The position numbers were made by a program, and so were the translations under genes. Positions 35,461-46,640 of a stretch of DNA of 64,000 nucleotides are shown here, in pieces (the stretch's first letter is position 1; every line of letters begins with the position of its first letter). The stretch covers positions 80,910,001 through 80,974,000 of the forward strand of contig CM060732.1 of the NCBI GenBank assembly GCA_030704615.1, in the 5' to 3' direction. The DNA comes from Takakia lepidozioides. Taxonomy: Eukaryota; Plantae; Bryophyta. The notes beneath the pieces are model-generated. The model ran no database searches, was not told the DNA's origin, and saw nothing but the letters and a program-made list of their open reading frames with translations.

Positions 35461-37361
35461 TAGCATCGGTTAGTTCGGACAATGATTATTTTAGACATTA
35501 GTTGTTTGAGACATTTACCAAAAAAGTCAATGTAACGTGGTGGTGATGTGGCAATGATGTGGACTGCTGCATAGTGATTTAAACACCGGACTATAATCAC
35601 CATCCGATCCTATTTCAAATGTACATTGTAAAAAATTTAAATAAGCCAAAATGTTACCATTTATATTTTTTTCTATGTGAAATAGAATTACCTAGTGATT
35701 TGAATGACTGAAGACGTGATCAACATGCAGGTGTCATTTGGCAAAGTGCAAAATGAACATGTCACTTTCCAACATTGGTTTTGGAGATGCATGCGGGTAG
35801 TTATAGATAAATATTTTGTAAGATTGGTTTAGGAAGGGCCACGTGTTATCACAATGTAATCGTGTTATTTCAACTAATATTATGGAATATCAATATAAAT
35901 AAATTATAAAATGGTTTAATTGGTGGACATATGAAATATACACATGTATATTATTTGAATGTGACTATATATATTCATTGTTTGTACTGAATTTACTAAT
36001 CTGATATAAATTATAATACATACTATGTAAAATAAATTATAATTTCCTCATTGTGCGGTAAACCCTTAACAGAGGAGTAGAAAGCAAATCACCGTTGTTT
36101 CATGGTGATGGTCGGTAGCGACAATCCCTTTCTGGGACATTCCACTCAATCTCTACGCAGATCTTCAACAATGAAATATAAGTTAGAGAAAACTTACTGG
36201 CGCCTTCTTTGGTTTTGAAATTGGATCCCCTTCTGCAGCTTTCATCTTCCCTCTCACATCTGCTGGAATTTCTGTCTGCTCTAGGGTTTCTGGACCTTCT
36301 CCCGGTTCACCGTTCCTCGTACTTCCACCTCCTTCAGTTTCCCTGCGAGTCATCTCTGCATCCACAGGCTGGTTTCCAACGCGCACTGTTATCGCCGACT
36401 GTGTCACAGCCGCTGCCTCAGTCTCGGTCTGCTTTTGTGAATCAGTCTCCGCGTTCACCTGCTGCCTTGGCCCTGAGTTCTCCAACAAACGACGCCTCGT
36501 CATTTGCTCTCTTGCTCTGCGTCTCTCTCTAAGGGAAGTAAAATAAAGAGACTTTTTTCTCTTTCGTATTGTAGAAGGAACCCACTCCAGCTTGACTACC
36601 ACTCTCCCTCTAAGCGTCTAAACCCTAAACGAAGTGACTCCCGATTTCTTGCGGGATTGCGTGCGTTGTTGCTTGTCTCTAGAAGCATTGGATTCCCTCT
36701 CGCATGACCGTTATACATAGTCATTCCCTTATTAGTGCACATGCCAGCAATTAGTGTACAGCTGTTCGTATTCAATATAGTTATCGATGTCTGACGTTTG
36801 TCGCCCAAAATAAACGGCGTGTTCTTTATTATAACGGTTTCAATATTTAAAAATAACAGCGAATTCCAGAAATCTTGGCGCACAGTCTTAGACAAATATA
36901 TGTAAATGAACGAGAGTTTGATGACAAATTTTGGGATATCATACACGTTCATCCTTGTTAGCCAACCCCACGTTCCTTTCACATTTTAAACTTTCCAGGT
37001 GCGCATGATCATTGGTAGTAGTATAAAGATGCATTTACTTAATCTGCAATCTACCCTCAGATCCTGTGGCATGCTTCCAGGAAGTCGGCTTGTTATTGTG
37101 TTTATTGTTGAGGTTTTGATTAACGGTTTAACAGCTGCCGACATTGCTCCTAGGGATACTCTGACCACTGGGCCCACAAGAAAAGTAATTAAAATGGACG
37201 GCTGCATATCTGGAAGGAATAACAGAATATGCACAGTCGTCGTCTGAGCTTCCTCCGCCATATTCTCTGCTCATTCTTCAACTGTGTTCTGGAGACATCA
37301 ATAAACCGATTTACACTGAAGGTCTGCGATAACAAGGTATCAACGTATGCAAGGAAGAAAG

Positions 37362-39808
37362 ATGGCTTCCTCTGAAGCGGAGTTCTTCTCTGACGACAAA
37401 CCAGTGCCGTTCTCCCAGGAAGTCTTTGACAATGGATTTGCAATTGTCTTGGAACATGTCTTGGCTACCCGTTTTCAGCTTCAGAATGGCTCCATCTTTT
37501 TGGAGAAAGAGGTGTACGATTTGAAAGGGAAGTTGTTGAAATACTCTTTCCAAAACCGTGATGAGACGGCTCATGTCAGCCAGTGGAGAGTGCGCCCTGG
37601 TCGATACAGAGTACTTGTCGAGCCTCGGCGAAAGTCCCTTGGATCATATGTGATGCCCGAGACTGCTGCTTCGGTCGTTGAAGACAAGAGGGAGGTGGTG
37701 GTGAAAAAAGAACAGACGTCATCCACTCCAATCGTTGAGCTTTCGGATTCGTCCGATTATGACATAAGTGAAATTCCAAATCCAGTCCTTCCTACTGTGG
37801 TTGGAGAAGCTGATGAAGAAGAGATTTGTAGTGTCATTCCAAAACTACGGGCGATGGGAGGAATGGCTGGATTCAAAAGTGAGTTGCGAGGAATTGATTG
37901 GGAATCTTTGAAGCAGATGCCTCTGAAGTTCTTGCCAGAGACTTTTGATGGCGATATCCTATTCGAGTTGCCTCCTCCTCCGCGAGTTGGAGGTGTAACA
38001 ATCATGATGCATGGAATGGACAAGAAACACGACGGGCACCCGTGGTGCAGAACAAAAACATCCAAATATTCATAATGATGACAAGCTTGTTTTCAAGAGA
38101 ACAGTTTGCAATGGACACCTTGTGATAATTTGAATTGCAGTCATTTTCTTCAGTCTGGGGTTCATAATCAAAGCGAATGGGAGGGTCTGGCGGAAAATCC
38201 ATTTCAGCCTGGGACTGCCCCACCACCGGCAAACACTTTCGTCTGCAAATTCTGCAAACTTGTGTCATCCTGCTTGGCGCTCTGCGGAGCAAGAATGTAC
38301 TATGTTGTCCACCGTTTGAAAACAATGACAAGAGCTTGTGTGCATTTTGGATTCCATAACCATCTTGTCTCGAAGGGGGATTACAGGGAGAGTGTTGAGA
38401 CAATATCAAGGTTGATTAAACAGGAGTTCGGGAGAAACCCATCCGCAACAACATCTGCAATTGCTCTTGGCGCAAGCAAGTCCTTCTTGGAAAGCCATAT
38501 TTTGAGTGAAGGGGATTCTGTGGGGACTAAACTTGACGGTGCAGCATTGGACCTGGTCATGGATCATTTCTCCACTTTGAGTTCACCTAACATTCGGCAT
38601 CAGATCAATGCATTAAGAATGGGCTTTGGTATCAGAGGCTACATAGACAACATTTTGGAGTTGAAACGAGTGAGCAAGTACGATTACATCCAGGACAATG
38701 TATTCCCAGGTCAAGGTGCCATCAAAGTTTTTCTTTTCAAAATGTCGACTGTTGGGGAAGGCAGTGGGGTTAGCCTCGTGAAGTGGATGCAGAAGACTGG
38801 GGACTTGCAGAACTGTTTTCTTATGTTTGATCATGTGAAACGAGTGAAGGATTGGACGACAATGGCTTGTCATGTCTACGATCCAGTCTACCAACGAGTT
38901 ATGACAATTGCAGTTTGTGACATGCAATCTGAGGATACGGAATCCCAGAAGCTCATGTGGAATTCCGCTGCCATGGGCTGCCATCTCCAAATTTCGCAGG
39001 TTTCATTGCGGATAGTGCTCAAGCAAATTTCAATGCTGTTCGCATTGTCTTCGGATCGGGCGACCCAAAAGTGCCAATGCGAGGAAGAGAGCGTACATGT
39101 CTATTCCATTGGACACAATCTCTGGAAAAACATACAAAGTCGGACATCAAACCAGAGATGCAGACTCAGCACCGTAAATTGTGCAAAGAGTACAAAGATG
39201 CTAGAACAATGAAGGAGGCGGACACTTTGTTCTAGACAATTCGTGCCTAGTGGTTCTCTTCTGGAGCTGCATCACTTGAGAGTATGAGAGCATTAGAAGA
39301 TTGGCTGGCGTTTTGGCACTTCCGGTATAGACAGTGAGGAGCAGCCATGGCAGTGGTACGAGGCTTATATTTCTTGCTTTATTCATACATTTACTTTCCA
39401 TTTTATTGTCTCCTCGCTTTCTTTATGTTGTTTCCTGTTCACTGTTTTGAAGTGTGGTTCTCCACTTTGCAGAACATGTCCATTGAGGAAATGGCGGACA
39501 TGCCATCTTGCAATTTGGCAGAAACTGTGCACAACGCATGGTTGCAGCAGTCTGGGAAACGAGGTCGGGATTTGTATGTGGCAACAACAGATGATTTGAT
39601 ACGTGCCTTGCAACAACAAACCCGATACCGTGATTTCTTGCGAGGTGGGGTTGGTGGCAAGGGTCCGGACAAATGGGAGTTGATGTTGCGTACTGCAAAC
39701 AGATCTGGGGATCCAATCAAGATAGCACGGGCGGTGAGCATGTATGCCCAGGGATCGCCACTTGTTTCTAGAGTTCCATATCTTGAAGGGGAGGAGAGAT
39801 TCGGCTCC
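37362..39808 (+). pseudogene. Mutator/MULE-like DDE transposase with a Cys-rich N-terminal DNA-binding region; frameshifted and 3'-truncated
   Basis: ORFs 37347-38075, 38106-39212, 38957-39235 and 39347-39865 give C..C/CKFC..C..C..H.G.H.H, FLMFDHVKR (D1), FIADSAQA (D2), CLFHW (CxxH) and SCNLAETVHN (E). One intron near 39356-39472. Confidence 0.75.
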
Positions 39809-40660
39809 TGTAGTGGCCCGCAAGCGGGCCATCATGGCATTCTCTCAATTAGAGACTATCTCTGATCCATCCCTTCGGCACGTAGAGTCGCTTTTGCTTG
39901 TACCAGAGCAGTCCATTGTGCAAGTGGAACTACAAGTTAACCCCCATCCTCAAGTCCCGCATCCCGGACTTCGTTATCTCATCCTTATAGTAAGCCTTCC
40001 AGATCTTCCTTTGGAGCGCCGTCTCGCCCCTGTACACCAACATGAGCTGTTGCTTCTACTTAAAGCATTGGCCACCACACTGTCACGTCCTGGTTTGTAC
40101 TGGATATCCACGTCGAACACTGCCAAAGTGTTTTGCCACCTAAGTTGTTTTGGGGACAACTTAGGCTGCGTGGCAAAATACTTCACCGTGACATTGTCCG
40201 TGAACACCTTCACCGGGTTGGGACCAACATTGTGGCGCCAAAACTCAAGACAATGCACCACCGCCTTCATTTCTTTCTCGTGCGTAGGCCACCGTCGCTC
40301 CACTTCATTCAATTTCTTACTTACGTAAGTCACTGGACATCCATCCTTCATGAGCACATCCCCAATTGCGAAGTCCGACGCATCTGTATGAATCTCAAAT
40401 GGACGGTCGAACTCCGGGATTTTCAGGACTGGGGCTTCCGCCATCCGTTGCTTCAACTCGACAAAAGCTTGGCCACAAAAGGTGTTCCACACGTATACCT
40501 TGGACTTACACAGAAGGTCTGACAGTGGCCCCGTGATCTTGGCGAAATTTCTCACATACTTTCGGTAATAGGAGGCGAGTCCTAGGAAAGATCGCACTCC
40601 CGGGACCGAAGTCGGAGGCTCCCAGTCCATGATCGCCCTCACCTTTCTGTCATCCATCTC
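39809..40660 (-). mobile_element. Ty3/gypsy internal fragment: RT C-terminus, RNase H and start of integrase
   Basis: KVRAIMDW, RSFLGLASYYRKY, FEIHTDASDFAIG, HEKEMKAVVHCL, YKPG..VVANALSR, then LYVP...ECHDGPLAGH; both ends broken. Confidence 0.92.
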
Positions 40661-41146
40661 ATCCTGATGTGGCGGCAAATGATGACGTGGCACTGTCCGC
40701 CATTTGCCACGTCAGCATTAACATGCGCCGCCTATAACCGAGGATGGTCCTATGACCGTGGAATTAATGCAGGGAATCTTGCCTAAATAGAATCAAGACT
40801 ACCATGAGGCCTACAATTGTAGCATCCAACATTGTGCAATTACAAATGCTTGTTTCACTTTTACAATTACGAGGACGAGAAAATATCCTCACAAAGTGTG
40901 CGCCTTAGAGGCTGCCACGGGAAGACCTTCCTCCCTCCTCAAATAACAATGAGAGTTAGGATCATCTTCAAAAGATGATTGTAGTGCATAGCGACAACAA
41001 GACATGTAAACTTCGAACGGTGCAATGACAAATGTGCTTTTGAAAGTTGCCACTCAGAGCTCACTCACTATAGTTGGAGGCCATATCATTGCACCGCCGA
41101 CGAATTGATGTGAATTACACATTTCAAATCATGGTCGTCCACATGC

Positions 41147-41470
41147 CTACCCATGTGTTGTATCCCGTTGCAATAGAGTATCGACCTCGTTGAAACTTAT
41201 AGTGGCCTGGTGAATGAAGTTGTCACGTTTGGGATCGCAAACCATCCTCTTCAAAAATATGAAATACAAAGGTTTGCAGGGTATGAATTTACCTCTCTTG
41301 CCCAAACTGGTTGATAGCATATTCACAAACCCAGGACATGTGCAATTGGGGAAATTGGAAACCGTGATGTCGTAGGTCCTGTCATGAACAGCAGATGTGG
41401 AAGTGATGATTGTGAATACCCGACCATATCTTGGATCGGGTACCACACAACTACCGGCAGACGAATCCAC
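41147..41470 (-). pseudogene. SWIM zinc-finger C-terminal fragment of a MULE-like transposase
   Basis: YDITVSNFPNCTCPGF...GKFIPCKPLYFIF: CxC...CxH pattern with His replaced by Pro. Confidence 0.75.
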
Positions 41471-42959
41471 GGGGACCACGTGGAGAGTGTGTGGGTCAAC
41501 GCGTGGCGTCGTCCCCATGCAATGGCAGTGAGGGGTACGACTGCTAGTGGAAAGACGCAGAGTGCTTGTGCCCTCTCGGGACTGCTTTGGCCAACTCCGC
41601 TGCCACTGTGCTAGTTGGTTGCACTGCAGTAGGAAAGCACTGCAAACGAGCACTTGTAGTGGTTTGTGTGAGTTGTCCAAATGACCTGCATTCTAAGTTG
41701 AAAGTATGTTTCTGATGTATTCTGGTGGTTTTAGTGGTTCACCCATATGCAGGGGGAATTGAGAAGCAATGATACTGGGCGAGACTCAAAACACAGACCA
41801 CGATGCATGCACAACATCACGCTAATGAACCAAATAGATGTAGTCCAGGGAGACCAAAGACCATCACACATACACATAGAAGGTGGACGGACACGACGAC
41901 AAGTCAGGAAAATATGATATTACATTCAAATAAGAGACCGTCACGGCACACCTGCGTATGAGCAACACAAAATGCCAACATACATGGTTGCCGGACATCA
42001 CATAAACTGTCATGGCCCAAATGTTCAAAACTGGTAACGTGAGTATCATACACACTTCTATGAGTATCATTACACACCCAACAGGGACTACAAACATGAA
42101 ATCTCACTTGATACTTTCACCTTTCCTCATACTCTTCTCTTGCCACAGAGTCACCGTGCCTTTTACGTGCGCTAGTGTGGTCTCGGGGGGGGGCATCGTC
42201 CACATTTGGGCAAGGCAATGTAACACTTGGAAGCATGATCTCGTGGACTTTCACCTTGTACCACCCGGAACGAATGTCCTTGCAGTGGAACTTGTCAACC
42301 CCGGCTATTCCCACCACTTCCGCCTTTGCGGTGGCTGTCTTTGACCGCTTGTCATTGGGGTTCTGGAGAAACACAGGATCTGGTATCTGCAGACACCAAC
42401 ATGGTCCACTCAGCAACATAGAGTGAAAGTCCAGCGCAGCTGGGCATGGAAACGATATTGGTTGCCACGATACTGAATCAGCAGCAAATTCACGGTGTAC
42501 CAACGTACCTTGAAGCGAGGCTCGTCGCTGAGGGTGGCAACTGAGGAAAGCTGCCCACGTGTCTTCAACTGCAGCAGCAAAAAGAGGTTTAGTCAGACGG
42601 ATAAGAATAACATGAACTTTGGTGGCTGCAATGGTATAAACACACCTCCACGGAGCAAGCTAACAAACACCCTGCTCAGACGCTGCACACTACAACTTCC
42701 TGGCAAAAATAACCCTACTAGTAACCAGGCAAAGCAAGGAGCCATGAATGCATGCCTGGGGAACCACGTCCTGCTGCGATGATGGTGCCGGGGACAGCCC
42801 ACTCCTCTTGCTCACCTGCAATGAATACACATTGCAACGCTTCAGGAAGTGTATCCATAAAGGAAACCAACCTAGTAAGTTTGCGGAGAGGGGCTGGGAA
42901 CAACCATACCTTGGGCGCTGCCTCCTCATGCCGGGGGGCAGATCCGGAATGCTGGCGCC

Positions 42960-43410
42960 GTAGCACTATGGTCCTTGGCGCAGGAGTTCCCCCTCCCCTT
43001 GTGTGGTGAATCATCCACTAAGAGGGTGTTGGATTTGTTAAATCCAGAAAATTCCGACCACACCCTCGACAGTCTCTTCTGTAAGTTCTGTACGGCAGGC
43101 CCTTTTGTGGGGTGTGCCTCTGTCAAGGGGTCACACTCCTCTTGTGACCACACAAAGAGGGGAGAACCCTTGACCCCCTGCATCACCACTTTCAAGATGT
43201 CTTCAACATTCCCCTTGGAAGCACAAGACCATATCCCAACATAGAAATAACGGAAGAGAAGGTTTAAAAACTCGCAGACCTGGGGCCTTGGGAAAACATA
43301 CTTGTTGGTGGTCAACACCCATGGCCAATGACGCCTCGGGTTGGGCTGAAAGTTAGGAATAGAGTGGCACAGGATCCCGTTCAGGTCTAGAACAATTAGT
43401 TTCGACTTTT
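42960..43410 (-). other. FCP1/NIF-family HAD phosphatase-like domain inside the TnpA-like gene
   Basis: KLIVLDLNGILCH...VFPRPQVCEFL...FYVGIWS...LFVWSQEEC...KRLSRVW...NTLLVDDSPHK. Confidence 0.88.
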
Positions 43411-45399
43411 CAATGAAAGGAGCTTCTGAAGGGGTGTCACGGGGTCTCACCTCAGTGGGTTGGGAGACAACAGTCACCCTGGAGGGCAAAGTTTCGGTCC
43501 CCCTGCAGCCTGGACCGGGCAAACTACCACCCTCTCCCCCTACAGCTTCCCCTTTCCCCCCATCATCAGCAATGACCCCCCCATCGTCCATGTCATCCCC
43601 ACCAACTTGCTGGACCTCTCCCTCTTCAACGAGTGGACCCTGCCCCCCACTATGAATATCATCAACAACAGGCTGGACCTCGGTCACATCCCTACCCACT
43701 ACAATTACTTCCTCTTTGTCAGGTACAATGGTCGCAGCAGGGGGGTCTTCTATAATGCCACCCTTCACACCCCCTTTTTGCCCCATCATAAGTTCCACTA
43801 TCTTCTTCAGTTGTGCTTCCATTCCCCTCTCCCGCTCCGCAGAGAGAGCCGCAAGCCTCTCCAGGGCCCCGATGCGGGTTGCCATTGAGTTCCCCGCTCC
43901 CTACGCATACAAACACCCACCCGTATTGTTAAAAACCAGAAGAAGAGGCAGAATGTGCAGGATTTCAGGCATTCGGAGATGGCTGGGTTTGGCATAACAC
44001 CCCTCGTGTACCATGCATGGGGGCCCCACATACCCACCAAATCTTAGTACAACAACAGATTCATGAATGTAAACCGGACTTCAAAACATACCTGGCTCAA
44101 AACAGACTTTGATGGGGTGCCAGTCGCAGCGTTCTTTTGCTCCGCCCCGAGCTCGGACAGTGACGGGCTCCGCGCTTTGCGTCTTTCTGTATTTGCCCAT
44201 CCACACACTGTCAGTACAAAATGCCAGGAGCATATGGACAAAGCACTACCCTGCATATCACATAACAACTAATTCTGCACAAGGAATAAAACCCACTCGT
44301 GGGTGTCTCTTCCATCACAACATGCCACAACATAAGAGCAATGAGAAGGGGGTGTGGGAGATTACCAAACGGGCTGCTTGGCCTGCAACTCCTGCCCGGC
44401 CCCAACGCGAGGGGTTCGTGACACAAGCACGCGCTTGCTTCATCCCTTCGGCTTTTGCAAGTCCACGAGGGGACTCCCAGTAGGCAACAAGCTTATCCCA
44501 ATAGGCAGGTTCAGTGTTCATTGGCCTCACACCAGTCTTCGCCCATTTATCTTTCAGTTTTGCTCTTTCTCCTTTCATTATCTTCCCACATTGCTTGACT
44601 ATAAAATCACGATTGGCAGGGATAGGTGTGTACTCGTACATTCCATTTATGCCCTCTATTACTGTTGACATGGCATTCTGGGACTGCTGGTCAATGTCTT
44701 GTACACTTGAGTCAAGGTAACGCAATGCCAGGCCACGCAAATCACGCTGCCAGTGTTCCTTACATTGATGACTCCATTTCCATGCACCTCCACCTTGTGG
44801 CGCTTTAGCCCTGCAGCCACCCTTCCCTCTCCATCTCCTTCCCATTGTTTCATGGCATGGCGTCGTTTCTTCCTCAGCTCTGATGACCGTTTCCTACCCC
44901 CATGCTCTAGAGCAGCGCTGTCATACGTTCTGGGGGGTGACTGATGTGTGCCGGAGGGGGGAGGGCCGTATGGTGATGTGGGAGGCCCCCATTGTGACGT
45001 GCCAGCATCAGGAAGCCAGCGCCACGACCCTGAAGCAGGGGGGGCTCCCCATGGTGCACTCTGTTGTGGAGACCATCCGGCAGGGGGTGGGTGCCAAGGT
45101 TGGTGTTGGTTGGCATTGTATGGTGGCTGTGAGTGCTTTGCTGCAGCTTCACTCCCCTTCCGCTGCCAAAAACATCCCACACACAAGGTGCATCAGCTGT
45201 AGTCATATTGAACACAATGTCACCAGAGCACAAACCATCCCACAACCACAACCATAAACAGCAGACCTCAAACCCACTCCCCTGCAGCGCAAGTGCCAAA
45301 AAATGAAAAGGAGAGGGACAAAATGTCCTCATAACATGTAAGGCCATTCATTGGTGAAGAAGCAAAATGTGGGCGGGTTCACATCAGTACCACATGAAA

Positions 45400-46640
45400 C
45401 TTACCAGGAAACAGAACATCCATCCGGGTTTTCCACATATCCAGTGGACATCTATTCACACAATCATGTGTTGGCTGTATGTGCTTGCCCAGTCATGGAT
45501 GTTTTATGCCTAACTTCTTTGTCATTACACAATTTTGTGGCAGCACACATGGCTTTGGACACTACAGTCTCTAAGTCACATGGTTCCAGCAAGGTCAAGA
45601 CTTGACGGTCGACATTCAGATCCTTGAGAGTCTCATCTAGTCTCTTCTGGCAGGACTTGGCCTGTTTGGCTGGGCGGTCCTATTTCCAAGATATAGAGTC
45701 GATTAACTTACGATATCTGGTGTAAAGACATGAGTTGCAATAGACTCCACCATCTCACCAGCTATTCCCACCACTTCCGGTTAAGGAAGGGATGCCAAAC
45801 TCACCATGAACAGCCACATTGGCTATTTTGGAGCATGCGGACATCCACTCCTTAAGCACCCCCACTTGGAAGGATACTGCAGACCTAGCCTCGTTGGAGT
45901 TATCAACGCATGTAGCAAATGCGTACTCCAACGCAGGTGCAATGATGTGACAAAGCAACATTTCCTTGACCTTAAAATTAGTCCTTCTGCACACAGTGGT
46001 AGACCATTCGGTTTTTCCACGATGTCCTCCCCCATGTCACAAATTGAAAACATGTTCATGGATGTTTTCTGCCTAACTTCATTTTCATTACACATTTTCT
46101 CTGGTAGCACTCACTTCCGTGGACACTACAGTCTCTAAGTCGCATTTATCTAGCAGGATGAAGATGTGCGGGTCCACATTCAGATCTTTGAGAGTCAATT
46201 GTACTGTCTTCTGCCAAGACTTGGCCTGTTTGGCTCGATGGTTCTGTTTCCAAGATATAGAGTCGATTAACCTACGATCTCTGGTGTGAAGACATGTGTT
46301 GCAACAGACTCCACCATCTCACCTTCAATTAATCTCCGCAAGAGCTTAAGGAATGGATGCCACACCCACCCCGAACAGCCACATTGGCTGTTTTGGAGCA
46401 TGCGGACATCCACTCCTTAAGCACCCCCACTTGGAAGGATTCTGCAGACCTAGCCTCGTTGGAGTTATCAACCCATATAGCAAATGCGTACTCCAAGGCA
46501 AGTGACGCGACAAAGCAAGGTTTTCTTGACCTCAAAGTTAATCCCTCTGTACGAGAACAATTTAGTGAGACTCGGCGCTTTGCCCTTCCTGTTTGAAAAA
46601 CTTTATGGATATGTGCATCCCAGTTTCAGTTTGAGGAGAA
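45400..46640 (-). mobile_element. Two tandem, diverged internal fragments of the RTEX-like LINE in intron 1 of the TnpA-like gene
   Basis: 46630-45995 matches about 1125-1760; 45990-45500 matches about 1200-1700 and then jumps to about 2030-2125 (ALEY..WVDNSN, QVGVLKE, KTANVAVRG). Confidence 0.88.

Noticed and set aside
40780-40830. GAATCAAGACTACC shared with about 59977
   Set aside because: A 14-bp match with weak flanking similarity; too little to define a repeat.
41651-41661. CACTTGTAGTG (CACTACAAG on minus) as the terminus of the large CACTA
   Set aside because: It faces the wrong way (the body would lie to the left), and no partner TIR or TSD was found; the element ends remain undefined.
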